Shown: positions 18,476-28,727, counted from the stretch's first letter. The stretch: DNA of 64,000 bases from Candidatus Omnitrophota bacterium (GCA_043805415.1 JAZDHZ010000007.1:29786-93785), one strand, 5' to 3'. Numbers and translations: made by a program. The notes: generated by a model from the sequence alone, not told the origin.

Positions 18476-20041
18476 TTATGAATCATACCAATCCGGCTTT
18501 CTCTCGTGCATAAAACCAGTCAGGCCTTCACCTTTTCTTCGGTTAAGAATAGTATCGATGATATCCAACGACATCATCCTCATCGTATTCAGAAAAAACC
18601 ATTGATACAGTTTTCGTTTATGCCGATGCCGGGAAAAGAGCCCGCGAATTAACCAATGCGGACGGTACAGGACATACCGCTTGTTGAGTTCCATATTCAG
18701 GGCAGCAAAGTCATTGCGGGAAAGCCCCGCGCGTGAACGCATTAAAGGCGTTGTCCAATCATATTTTTTAAAATCTTTTTCTTCCAAAAGATCTTCCCGG
18801 CAAACTTCCTGATAAAAATAAGTCCCGGGGATCGGCGTTACCGGGTGAAAAGCCGGATAATCGATATCCAACTCCACAGCATACTTTACCAGTTCCAGCA
18901 TCGATTCCCTAGTATCCCACGGCAAACAGGTTAAAAAAGTACCTTGTCTAAAAACCTGGGGATATTTTTTTTTAAAAATATGGAAAACTTCTTTTACCAA
19001 ATCCTGGGAATACCCCGATTTGCGAATTGCTTCGAGGTCCTGTACACAACAGCGTTCGACTCCGATCAACGGATGAATCAGGCCAGCCTTAACCATCTTT
19101 TCAAGGATACCTTTTTTCTCGTCACGCAAAAGATAATCCGCCCTCAGAAACGCCCACCAATTCAAATCGCGGTAACGTCTCTTTAAAAGTTTTTCGCAAA
19201 ATTCATCATTCCAAGCCGGATCGACATTAAAGGTAGGGTCAGCCCAGAAAATATAGCGCACATTGTATTTTTTGTAGACAATATCAATTTCCTCGAGTGT
19301 CCTATCGACGCTCTTCGTCCGATATTGCGGAACAACCTCCAATTCCCCTTTTTCTATATCCGTTTTTACCTGTTTGCCCCAGAAAGTCCACAGGGAACAA
19401 AAACTGCAGCGATCGACACATCCCCGGGAATGTTCCAATGTAGCGCTTTGCGGCCATAAATAGCCATAAGGGGAATACTTATTCATGGGGAGCAGGTCAA
19501 AGGCCGGTAAGGGCAGTGCGTCCAAATCCTTGATTAAGGGACGCAAAGGGGTGCTGATAACCTGTCCATCACGCAGATAAGCGATACCGCTAACACGGGA
19601 CGGGTCTTCTCCTTTGAGCAAAACGCGCAACAGCTCCACCATGGTCTGTTCTCCTTCGAACCGCACGATAAAATCCAAAGGAAATTTGTTAAGACAACTC
19701 TCCGGCATCCAAGAAAAGAAATATCCCCCTGCGATCGTGATCGTTGCGGGATTGATCTCTTTAGCCAGTTCAAAAAGCTTGCCAGCTTCATGATGGTACA
19801 GCGCTTCCTCTCCCGCTCCAATGAAATCTGGACGTTCCTGCTCCAAAATAGTTTTAAGACTTTTCCATCCTATCTTTAAAGGAGCACAATCGATTATTTT
19901 TATTTCGATATCCGGGATATTGGCTCTAATATTAGCGGCTATGCAAGGAAGCCCGAGGGGAAGGAGAAAATTATCAGATTCATTGACAAAAGGCCAAATA
20001 TATCTGGGGGGTCGGATTAAAATTATCTTTTTCCGTGCCAT
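18476..20041 (-). CDS. B12-binding-domain radical SAM protein
   Basis: LPLGLPCIAA, IAGG, RFEGE, SRGCVDRCSFC and TPIPGT motifs. Confidence 0.92.
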   Translation of the reverse strand: MARKKIILIRPPRYIWPFVNESDNFLLPLGLPCIAANIRANIPDIEIKIIDCAPLKIGWKSLKTILEQERPDFIGAGEEALYHHEAGKLFELAKEINPATITIAGGYFFSWMPESCLNKFPLDFIVRFEGEQTMVELLRVLLKGEDPSRVSGIAYLRDGQVISTPLRPLIKDLDALPLPAFDLLPMNKYSPYGYLWPQSATLEHSRGCVDRCSFCSLWTFWGKQVKTDIEKGELEVVPQYRTKSVDRTLEEIDIVYKKYNVRYIFWADPTFNVDPAWNDEFCEKLLKRRYRDLNWWAFLRADYLLRDEKKGILEKMVKAGLIHPLIGVERCCVQDLEAIRKSGYSQDLVKEVFHIFKKKYPQVFRQGTFLTCLPWDTRESMLELVKYAVELDIDYPAFHPVTPIPGTYFYQEVCREDLLEEKDFKKYDWTTPLMRSRAGLSRNDFAALNMELNKRYVLYRPHWLIRGLFSRHRHKRKLYQWFFLNTMRMMSLDIIDTILNRRKGEGLTGFMHERKPDWYDS

Positions 20042-20189
20042 GCTGTTCTACCTCACAATACCCGATTAGAGGGAGCGACCATGCTGAGATTTTTATTCAT
20101 CTTAACTATCGTCATCCCATCGACTAACGTCATAAAAACACTTATGCTAAAACATCTTTCAAGACACGCAATTATAGTGCTGAGTTGGC

Positions 20190-20218
20190 ATTATAGCATA
20201 GCCCTCTTAATAAAGCAA
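20190..20218 (-). promoter_or_regulatory. Internal sigma70-type promoter for the 13.6-20.0 kb sub-cassette
   Basis: Minus strand TTGCTT (20218-20213), 17-bp spacer ending TGc, then TATAAT (20195-20190), in a 224-bp gap. Confidence 0.55.
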
Positions 20219-20265
20219 GCCGGCAAACAGCCTCTCTATTTTTTGCTTCATTTCTTTGCAGCGAT

Positions 20266-21465
20266 TCAGGCAAGAGAGCATACAATCTTATTTTTCCTGC
20301 AAAAACGTATCGCTTCCTGTAAGCGACCGTGAATTACCGCGGGACTCACTACATTATCAAGTACTTCGGTATCCCGAATATGCTGGTTAATGCTGTAGCC
20401 GTGAATATGAACCAGTCCGGGACGGATATCCCGCAGCAGTGCAAGCGTTTGGCGGAAATCATCCGCTGTTTCCGTAGAAAAGCCAACCAATATATGCGTA
20501 TTGATCTGCAATTCAGACCAGGCGCTCTTTAGTTTTTTCCAAGCATCTTTTAACTCAGCCTTTGTGTGCCGGCGATTCATAAAACCCAGCATCCGGTCAC
20601 TGCCTGACTGCACAGGACAATGCAGCACACTTATTTTCCCGGATCTAATTAACAAAGCCAATTCATCGGCATAACGGATCAGCCATACCGGGTGCAAATC
20701 CTCTATTTCTATACGAAAGTCTCCTTCAACTGATAAAATAGCTTTAAGCAATTCCGGTAAGCTGCTGTTTATATCTAATCCATACGCGCCTGAATTATTA
20801 GCGGTCAGGACTATTGTCTTTATTCCTTTTTTAACAGCGAGTTGTAACTCATTAAGGCAAATGGAAATATGCTTGCTGCGCAAAGCACCGATCGCTTGCC
20901 AGATCACACAAAAGCGGCAATGTTCTTTTTCACAGCCTGAAGCAATTCTAATATAACAATAATTACGAACATCTCTTCTGCGAAAATAGAATAACACTCG
21001 CTTGATAAAATTAAGATCAAAGCGAAAGACAAATAAATTTTCCTTTAAAAACCGCAATAGGTTAAAGCGGTAAATATTATTGCCATCTTTTACCGCGCTA
21101 AATCCAACCTTAAACTCAGGAAATAAAATATCAATATCATTATGATCAGCAGTCACAAGACTTAATCCTTTAAAATTTTCGTCCAGCCGCTTTTTATTTA
21201 TCCCCTTTAAGCATCCCGCAACAATAAGCCGCCCGCGATATTTGTCCAGTTCTTTTATCCGCTTTATTGCCCTATCTTCCCGGTCCTGGCTAAAAGCACA
21301 GGATATATAAAGAATATGCTCGGCCAATCCAGGCGATTTAATTACCCTGCATCCGTTTTGCATAAAATAATGTTCAAAGCGGGTAGCATCGATCCCTCGA
21401 TTAGGGCAGCCGGAATATTCGATATAAACTTTAGTTTTTCTAGGCAGTACCATATTCATGCTCAC
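20266..21465 (-). CDS. MiaB/MtaB-like methylthiotransferase-family radical SAM protein, no TRAM domain
   Basis: UPF0004-type cysteines (SGCPN, ISCAF, VAGCL), YIRIASGCEKEHCRFC, PVQSGSD and ILVGFSTET; ends soon after the barrel. Confidence 0.82.
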   Translation of the reverse strand: MSMNMVLPRKTKVYIEYSGCPNRGIDATRFEHYFMQNGCRVIKSPGLAEHILYISCAFSQDREDRAIKRIKELDKYRGRLIVAGCLKGINKKRLDENFKGLSLVTADHNDIDILFPEFKVGFSAVKDGNNIYRFNLLRFLKENLFVFRFDLNFIKRVLFYFRRRDVRNYCYIRIASGCEKEHCRFCVIWQAIGALRSKHISICLNELQLAVKKGIKTIVLTANNSGAYGLDINSSLPELLKAILSVEGDFRIEIEDLHPVWLIRYADELALLIRSGKISVLHCPVQSGSDRMLGFMNRRHTKAELKDAWKKLKSAWSELQINTHILVGFSTETADDFRQTLALLRDIRPGLVHIHGYSINQHIRDTEVLDNVVSPAVIHGRLQEAIRFCRKNKIVCSLA

Positions 21466-22613
21466 TGGAGAATTTTACCAAAACAGATACTTTTATACAA
21501 AGCCTCTAGCTGAACCCTTGGATCAGACATGAGATATTTAGGATCCCGATAGCAGCCAAATAAGCAGCCGCTACAATTGGTTCTTATCTTACGGCATTTA
21601 TTTTTAAATTCTACACTTTTAAAAACACGCATAAAATCACGGCTCTTACAATCTGCCACCGGAGTCTCATAAGCACGCATAATCGTATCACAACAGGGCG
21701 CCATAACCCCTGTAGGCGCGATGTCAAAAGAAAGTATTCCGGCAGCGCATGGCCAGCCGCATTGACCGCTTGTGAGATAATTTTGCAGATCATCTATCAT
21801 CCGCTTTGTCGTAAGGATGCGATAACCTCTATCCATGAACTTGCGTACTTTTTTACATACCGCTTCAGCTGCTTTCTTTTCCAATCTGAGCAAACTGAAT
21901 TCATTATCAATCTCTGCCGGATTTTCAGAAGATAAACTGGAGAAATTACGCACAAAAATACAAGGATCAAAAAACGCGCCCATTGCTTGCACATATTCTA
22001 TTAAATCCGGCAATTCAAAAAAATTCTTAGCCGAAATAACAACATTGACCGCGACCACTCCTTTTCGCGAGTAATTTTTTACGCAGTAGCGGATAACCCG
22101 TTGAGCATTACTAAGCACATTTTCAGCATTGCAGATGTCATCCTGCTTTTTAGGATCAAGCGTATCCAGCGAGATACTGATATCATTAAGCCCGGCTCGA
22201 TAACAACTGTCCAGCAATGCTTCACTCACATGCTCTCCGCCATTAGTCTGAATCCGCACAATAAACCCGTAGCGGCTGAAAAGTTCTATTATACTTAAAA
22301 TATCCTCACGCAATAAAGGCTCACCACCGGTAAGAATTACCTGAGAGGTTCCGATTTTTTTTAGATTTTCCGCTACTACCGTCAATTCGCTTAACGACAT
22401 TTCAGGCGTGCCGATGACTTTATCTACAGAACACATTTTACAGTGATAATTGCACCGGCTGCTCAGCCACAAACGAACATTGAGCGGGGTGCCAAACAGC
22501 ATGCTTTTCAAAACTCCCTGTGCAAATCTAAACATAATCAGCCTTAGAAAAAAAGTTGAATATCCAAAATAATGATCTAAAATTAATATCCTAACCGATA
22601 AACGCTTTGTCAA
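21462..22613 (-). CDS. Radical SAM protein with SPASM/twitch-like C-terminus
   Basis: CNYHCKMC, TGGEPLLR and ISLD; C-terminal CAAG...PCC...CSGCLFGC. Start uncertain. Confidence 0.88.
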   Translation of the reverse strand: MTKRLSVRILILDHYFGYSTFFLRLIMFRFAQGVLKSMLFGTPLNVRLWLSSRCNYHCKMCSVDKVIGTPEMSLSELTVVAENLKKIGTSQVILTGGEPLLREDILSIIELFSRYGFIVRIQTNGGEHVSEALLDSCYRAGLNDISISLDTLDPKKQDDICNAENVLSNAQRVIRYCVKNYSRKGVVAVNVVISAKNFFELPDLIEYVQAMGAFFDPCIFVRNFSSLSSENPAEIDNEFSLLRLEKKAAEAVCKKVRKFMDRGYRILTTKRMIDDLQNYLTSGQCGWPCAAGILSFDIAPTGVMAPCCDTIMRAYETPVADCKSRDFMRVFKSVEFKNKCRKIRTNCSGCLFGCYRDPKYLMSDPRVQLEALYKSICFGKILQ

Positions 22614-23550
22614 ACGCGGTCAAACATTCCTTATTAACCCGATTAAAAGGAGCCAGCCTGATCACATCTTGCCATATTTCATTCAAGGAATTATCATTAA
22701 TATTCCCCAGTTTTTTCCGCATAAAATCGCAGCCATACACATTCCCCGCGGGATCAATATAAAGCCGTTCACGTCCGGCAAGACATTTAACTGATCCATA
22801 ACTTGACTGTCCATCCCAACGCACTCCGGGCATCAAAACAAACCTAAAAAAAAGTTCCTTATCTTCCTGATTAAATAATACATCCTTACGCTCATTCCAC
22901 TTGCCCATCGCACGCGCGGGCAAAAGCTGTAAAGCTAGTTTTAGGTTTTGACAATACTTTATTTGCGCCGCCAGATCTCCATTGCGCAAATTTTCCCGAG
23001 TTACTACCATAGCGGCCATGACCTTTAAACCCGCCTGCCGCGCGGCGAAAATTCCCTTCCAGGCCTGCTTATGCGCGCCTTGCACTCCCCGGATAGAATC
23101 ATGTTCAGCAGGATTAGAACTGTCAATGCTGACAATCACAAGATCAAACCCGGCGTTTTTAAGTTTAATTGCTTGCTGTTCCAATAATAAACCGTTTGTG
23201 GCAAGACTAAGAATATTTAATTTTGGACTGACTACTGCTGCTAATTCATACAGATTTTCATAGAGTAAAGGCTCACCCCCGCTAAAATGAATATTAATCG
23301 CGCCGCAGCGCATAGCATCTTGGAAGACTTTGGCAACAAGCGTCAATGCTGTCTGAGTTTTTGAACGAGTATCCGCGGAGCAATGCTGGCAATGGCATTG
23401 ACAATCATAACCCAAAGCTATGGTAACAACACGAAGCCGCGGCTTTTGCATAAAAACATATCCGTAATTCTTAAGCAGTCTGAACCAGACTAGCGGCTTT
23501 GCCGGTAAAAACTGAATATTGCGTGAAAAAAAATCATATATTGAAAACAT
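22591..23550 (-). CDS. Radical SAM protein with twitch-like C-terminus
   Basis: CQCHCQHC, SGGEPLL and VSID; CLAG...YGC...C. Confidence 0.88.
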   Translation of the reverse strand: MFSIYDFFSRNIQFLPAKPLVWFRLLKNYGYVFMQKPRLRVVTIALGYDCQCHCQHCSADTRSKTQTALTLVAKVFQDAMRCGAINIHFSGGEPLLYENLYELAAVVSPKLNILSLATNGLLLEQQAIKLKNAGFDLVIVSIDSSNPAEHDSIRGVQGAHKQAWKGIFAARQAGLKVMAAMVVTRENLRNGDLAAQIKYCQNLKLALQLLPARAMGKWNERKDVLFNQEDKELFFRFVLMPGVRWDGQSSYGSVKCLAGRERLYIDPAGNVYGCDFMRKKLGNINDNSLNEIWQDVIRLAPFNRVNKECLTAFDKAFIG

Positions 23551-23555
23551 AAAAT

Positions 23556-24782
23556 TTAGCGCCCTCGCGCAATGACCTCAGATACAATATGGCTATTCCC
23601 ATCTGCCTTTTTACGCCAGAATTCTGTGTTCACACCGAAAAACCCGTTAAGAATATCCCCAGGATATTTTTTCGTTTTTTGTCTGAGCAAAGATGTTCCC
23701 ATGCTTCTGGCCAAGCAGGAAATTAACTGACGATGCCAAAACCAGTTATCTCCCTCTATCCGGCCTAAAACACAAATATCACTGCCTGACTTTAGGTTAT
23801 TATAAATAAGCCGCGCATTATCCGCCAAGTATTGTCCGTCACCATCCATAACAATAAAATACACTGTGTTTACCAGTTTTATCGCCTCACAAACACTTAC
23901 GGTTAGTCCTTTAATTTTTTTATCTTTCCCATCCAGGAGTTTAATGTCACTGCATATGCTCTGGGTTGCCATAATAATCTCAGTAGTTTTATCATTGGAA
24001 CCATCCTCGACGCAGATGATGGTTGCCCCAGGATATTGTGATATAAGATTGTTAAGAACAGGTTTAAGCTTATCTTCCTCGTTGTTTAGGGGAATAATCA
24101 GGGTTAAATCTTTACAGCTTTTTTCCAGAGGTAAACATTGTTTATACGCAGTAATAAAAAGATGGAAATTGAAAAAAGAAAAATCAGTCCATATTTTAAA
24201 ACCATTAATTTTAACTATACTCCGAAGTGATTTAGGAGAGAAATGCTGAATATGACCGCATTGTTTTTTATAGTATGCTGAACCGCAAAAATAGCTCTGA
24301 TATAATACCTGGAGAGAGAAAAACATCTTCCATAGACTAAACGGAGTATCATGCGGTACAGAAAGCACAATCACTCCCCCTGGCTTTAATATCCGATACA
24401 TCTCTGCTAATACCAGATCTATATCCGCTATATGCTCAAGCGTTTCCGTAGAAACAATAATATCGCATGAGTTATCGGCTAAACCGCTATTAGCGATATC
24501 CGCGACGCTGAAATCAGTCAGCCTGCCTTGATTCTTGCCGTGGATCAAAGAATTCTCGTTCAGATCGACCCCGATTACCGGCAAACGATCCGGATTCCAA
24601 CAGCAGCTGGCTGAGCCAAAATCAGCAATAACTTTACCCGGCCGATAAAAGCCCTTAACTAATGAACGGATAATCCGATAACGGTTCCCATGAAGCCACC
24701 GCCTAAACGGATTACTACTTTTCACCTGATCATCGTAAAAAGTATTTTTTATTGTACTATAAAATTTCTTTGTATCAAGCAT
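23556..24782 (-). CDS. Class I SAM-dependent methyltransferase fused to a (possibly truncated) GT2 domain
   Basis: N-part DFGSA, ETLEHI, RILKPGG; C-part IIPLNNEE, EDGSND, VMDGDGQ. The GT2 part ends early. Confidence 0.8.
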   Translation of the reverse strand: MLDTKKFYSTIKNTFYDDQVKSSNPFRRWLHGNRYRIIRSLVKGFYRPGKVIADFGSASCCWNPDRLPVIGVDLNENSLIHGKNQGRLTDFSVADIANSGLADNSCDIIVSTETLEHIADIDLVLAEMYRILKPGGVIVLSVPHDTPFSLWKMFFSLQVLYQSYFCGSAYYKKQCGHIQHFSPKSLRSIVKINGFKIWTDFSFFNFHLFITAYKQCLPLEKSCKDLTLIIPLNNEEDKLKPVLNNLISQYPGATIICVEDGSNDKTTEIIMATQSICSDIKLLDGKDKKIKGLTVSVCEAIKLVNTVYFIVMDGDGQYLADNARLIYNNLKSGSDICVLGRIEGDNWFWHRQLISCLARSMGTSLLRQKTKKYPGDILNGFFGVNTEFWRKKADGNSHIVSEVIARGR

Positions 24783-24812
24783 ATTCTTATTTTTTTAAGG
24801 GATTAAGTTGTA

Positions 24813-26735
24813 TTATTTTAGCACGAAATGCTGTTGCATGCCATCTTTCATAAAATTATCATGCCAAATAAAAAAACTCAACAGTGCCCAGATCTTTAAA
24901 CTATTGTCCTTTTTCAAAGCAAAATGATCATTCAATATACTTTTTATATAATTTTCATTAAAAACTCCAACGTCCTTTATTTTTTTTGAGCTGAGATGAT
25001 CAAGAATAAAATCCTTCAATTCATGCCTTATCCATTTAGATATCGGGACACTAAGACCTCTTTTTTTTCTATAAATAATATCTTTTGCTAATCTGCCTTC
25101 CATCGCTCTTTTTAGAATATATTTAGTTGTTAATCCCTTTAATTTCAATCTGTCCGGAATCGCAAAAATAAAATCCAACAAATCATTATCTAAAAAAGGA
25201 ACCCTTACCTCAAGCCCTGATGCCATACTCATCGAATCGATTCGCGCAAGCATAACATCCGGCAAAAGCTGTTTTATATCAGCCCTTAAAAATTCATTCA
25301 AAATAAATTTTTTATCCGCTTTGAAATCATCTGAATTTGGCTCTAATCGCTTATTGAGAAAGCGCTGAACATCTCCATTTAATATCCTTGTTCTTTCTTT
25401 ATGATAAAATGTTTCCCTCCAATAATCGTGCACAGCATTATTTCCGGCATAACTTGATGCTAATAAAAACCTTTTTATCTTATATCCCATATTTAAAGGA
25501 TATTCAAAAGCCGGAAGATTTTCTCCTAACGAGGTAAGCAAACTGTTACTTAAGCTATAAGGAAATATTCTTTTATAATAATAATATAATTTATCGGCAA
25601 TATATGTTTCATATCCTCCCAGCAGCTCATCTGCTCCTTCACCCGACAAAACCACATTAATCCCCGCTTTTTCTTTAATAAATCTACAGATATAATGTGT
25701 CGGCATTATAGCAGGATAAGCCTGCAAGCGATCTAAAGAACTCATGCTCTGGATAAGATCAGCAGCGGATATATTGAACTTTATAGTTTCAAGATCAAGA
25801 CCAAGATACCTAGATGTCTGCTCCGCGAAAGGGCGCTGGTCAAAAGAACTTTCTCCAAATCCAACACAAAAAGCCTTTACTGGGGTTTTACTTAAATGCG
25901 AGGCAAAATAAGCTATACTGCTAGAGTCTAGTCCCCCGCTCAAAAGAATTCCTGCCTGAGATTCTGCGGGAACCTGCCTTTTTACAGATTGCTCTAATAA
26001 ATATCTAAATTTATCTATCTGCTCGGTGTCTGACATAGTATTTTTTAAAAAATCAGCGTCAGGGATACTCCAATATTTTTTAGTAATAATCTCTTTTTCC
26101 TTTGAACATAAAATATACTGTCCTGGCTCTAATAGCTTAATATTATTAAACATTGTTCTTGGCGCACGCACATAGCTGTGGGCTAAAAAATCTGATAAGG
26201 CATCAATATCTATTTCTTTTTTATAATTAGGATCAAGTAAAATAGCCTTTATTTCCGAAGCAAATATTAAGCCCTCAACATCAATTGAATAAAAAAGCGG
26301 CTTAATCCCTATCCTATCCCTTGCCAGGAATAAGGATTTTTTATTTTTATCCCAAATCGCAAAAGAAAACATACCATTTAATTTGTTTAAGCAATCTATC
26401 CCAAATTCCTCATATAAATGAACTATGACCTCTGTATCTGTCTCTGTTTTAAAATTATGTTTTTTTGCCGATAACACATGTTTTAATTCTTTATAATTGT
26501 AGATTTCTCCGTTAAATACTATAGCAATATTCCTCTCTTCATTAAAAATAGGCTGAACGCCTTTAGGGCCTCCTGTTATATTAAGTCTTCTTGCCCCAAA
26601 GCCAATCTCCGCTTCTAGAAAAATACCGACATCATCAGGACCGCGATGCATTAAACTATAAGACATCCTCTCAAGAAGATCTCTGCTTAAAGGTTTACTG
26701 CTTAGATAATTATATTTTCCGAATATCCCGCACAT
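24813..26735 (-). CDS. asnB: Asparagine synthase (glutamine-hydrolysing)-family amidotransferase
   Basis: MCGI N-terminus, HRGPD, FNGEIYN, LSGGLDSS, SGEGADEL and EVRVPFLD; likely glycan amidation in this context. Confidence 0.93.
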   Translation of the reverse strand: MCGIFGKYNYLSSKPLSRDLLERMSYSLMHRGPDDVGIFLEAEIGFGARRLNITGGPKGVQPIFNEERNIAIVFNGEIYNYKELKHVLSAKKHNFKTETDTEVIVHLYEEFGIDCLNKLNGMFSFAIWDKNKKSLFLARDRIGIKPLFYSIDVEGLIFASEIKAILLDPNYKKEIDIDALSDFLAHSYVRAPRTMFNNIKLLEPGQYILCSKEKEIITKKYWSIPDADFLKNTMSDTEQIDKFRYLLEQSVKRQVPAESQAGILLSGGLDSSSIAYFASHLSKTPVKAFCVGFGESSFDQRPFAEQTSRYLGLDLETIKFNISAADLIQSMSSLDRLQAYPAIMPTHYICRFIKEKAGINVVLSGEGADELLGGYETYIADKLYYYYKRIFPYSLSNSLLTSLGENLPAFEYPLNMGYKIKRFLLASSYAGNNAVHDYWRETFYHKERTRILNGDVQRFLNKRLEPNSDDFKADKKFILNEFLRADIKQLLPDVMLARIDSMSMASGLEVRVPFLDNDLLDFIFAIPDRLKLKGLTTKYILKRAMEGRLAKDIIYRKKRGLSVPISKWIRHELKDFILDHLSSKKIKDVGVFNENYIKSILNDHFALKKDNSLKIWALLSFFIWHDNFMKDGMQQHFVLK

Positions 26736-26748
26736 ATTATTTAATTGT

Positions 26749-27735
26749 TTAAAATTTCTTTAATCCGTTAAAAATAGCTCCGAGCTTAAGCGAATATATA
26801 AAATTAAGCTCTAAAGTAGTTGTGCATAGACAATGTCTGCAATTTACAGATACTACTTTCTTAAATTCTTCTTCTATGCTCGTTTGTGTAAAAGGCGACT
26901 TATTTGTTTTATCATGCGTCATTTGGCAAGGATATAAATAGCCATTGCTATTTATTCGCGCGTAGATTTTACCCGCGCAGCAAGTAATATTCCTGACATT
27001 AGGATAAGCATACATATATTTTAATGCTTCAATTGAATTTATAATGTTTTTATTTTTCTTTTTTTTATTTATTAAATATTTTAAAATCACTTTTTTTTGC
27101 GTATTAGAAAGCGCATATGAAGATATATCCTTATCCCCGGATAAAAACGCGTTAATGATTTGAAATTTTACCGGAACTTTTAATTCATTAGAAACTTTTA
27201 AAATATAGTCTACCTGATCCACATTCCCTGCATGTAAACTGCAATTTAAAGTCATTTTTATTCCATTACTCCTGGCAAGCTCTAAAGCTCTTAATACTTT
27301 CTTATGAGTCCCTTTACCCCTTAGGCTATCATGCGCGTTCTCATTACCATCAAAACTTATTTTAACCATGTCTGAGAGCTTTATAACATCAATTTTCTCT
27401 TCGAAAAGAACTCCGTTAGTAAGCACTACCGTACTAATACCCCTTTGCTTACATAGCGTTAATATCTGTCCCAGATCATCTCTTAAAAGAACCTCCCCCC
27501 CGCCAAAATGTATTCTTTTTGTTCCCAGAGCCCATAGCTGTTCTATTCCTTCGCAAACTTCCTTTGTTGAAAGCTCAATCAATGGCTCAATTTGAGGAAT
27601 CTTACAGTATTTACAATCTAAATTACAGCGATAAGTCAAATCCCATCCAACAAACAAAGGAATTCTACGGCGCAACAAAAATGCTTTAATGAATGAATAT
27701 ATTATCAAGATCCTTTTCGAAACTTTACTAAACAT
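26749..27735 (-). CDS. Radical SAM protein with twitch-like C-terminus
   Basis: CNLDCKYC, GGGE and ISFDG; CCAG...YPC...CRHCLC. Tandem paralogue of the next gene. Confidence 0.9.
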   Translation of the reverse strand: MFSKVSKRILIIYSFIKAFLLRRRIPLFVGWDLTYRCNLDCKYCKIPQIEPLIELSTKEVCEGIEQLWALGTKRIHFGGGEVLLRDDLGQILTLCKQRGISTVVLTNGVLFEEKIDVIKLSDMVKISFDGNENAHDSLRGKGTHKKVLRALELARSNGIKMTLNCSLHAGNVDQVDYILKVSNELKVPVKFQIINAFLSGDKDISSYALSNTQKKVILKYLINKKKKNKNIINSIEALKYMYAYPNVRNITCCAGKIYARINSNGYLYPCQMTHDKTNKSPFTQTSIEEEFKKVVSVNCRHCLCTTTLELNFIYSLKLGAIFNGLKKF

Positions 27736-27743
27736 AAGCTTTT

Positions 27744-28727
27744 TCAGGTTATGATCTTTTCTATTGAAGCCAAGACCTTTGTTTTAAATGACATTAAATA
27801 ATTAAGCTCTAATGATCCGCAAAAACCGCATCCGTTACAATGCACTTCCGGCAATCTAGCCAGTGCTTCTTTTACGCTCAAGCTTGTAATATTAGGCAAT
27901 TCTCTATCATAGCTAATTCTATCACAGGCACACATTTGGCCATCCGGATTTATAATGCAAAAAATCCATCCAGCATAGCATTTTAGCTTTTTGTATTTCG
28001 GACAGTTATATACATGCCTCAGCCCCAACAGGGAGTTTCGGATATTTTTATTACCGGATAGTTTTTTAGATATAAGCCCATCAATCGCTTTTTTAAAATA
28101 GCCCTCATCAGGAATAAGCTCATCTATATTTTCTAAGCCTCGGTATAATTTTTTAAGCGGCTGAAAAGCAACAATAGTATTATAATACTTTGCTATTTTA
28201 AGAATTTCATCCAACTTATCAATATTGTACTTAGTCAGAGTAGTAGTAAACCCAAACTTTATGCCTTCGGTTACACAAGCATCCGCAGCCTGCATAACCT
28301 TACGATATGAGCCATTACCTCTTAAAAAATCATGGCTATCTTCAGGCCCATCCAGGCTAAGCTTAATGAAATCAAGATATTTAAGTAATTTTATTTTTTC
28401 TTTTACCATAACTCCATTGCTATTCATTTCGGAGTATATCTTCCTCAGACTCGTATGTTTTAATATTTTCTCAAAATCATCTCGCAGCAATACATCTCCC
28501 CCGCTATAAGATATTCTTTTTGTTCCCAGCTTAGCCAGGGCATCGATACCTTTGGCTACAGTATCAAAATCAAGTTCATCACAGTGAGTTTTCCATACAT
28601 TGCAGTAGCGGCATCGCAATGTACAGCGATTTGTCAACTGCCAGCGCACAGCTAAAGGAACGCGTTTCCTAAAAAACCGGCATTTCCCGATTGACCAGAG
28701 GCATAATATTTTATCTTTAGTTCTCAT
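27744..28727 (-). CDS. Radical SAM protein with twitch-like C-terminus
   Basis: CTLRCRYC, SGGD and LSLDGP; CYAG...CAC...CNGCGFC. Likely start MRTKDK at 28727. Confidence 0.9.
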   Translation of the reverse strand: MRTKDKILCLWSIGKCRFFRKRVPLAVRWQLTNRCTLRCRYCNVWKTHCDELDFDTVAKGIDALAKLGTKRISYSGGDVLLRDDFEKILKHTSLRKIYSEMNSNGVMVKEKIKLLKYLDFIKLSLDGPEDSHDFLRGNGSYRKVMQAADACVTEGIKFGFTTTLTKYNIDKLDEILKIAKYYNTIVAFQPLKKLYRGLENIDELIPDEGYFKKAIDGLISKKLSGNKNIRNSLLGLRHVYNCPKYKKLKCYAGWIFCIINPDGQMCACDRISYDRELPNITSLSVKEALARLPEVHCNGCGFCGSLELNYLMSFKTKVLASIEKIIT

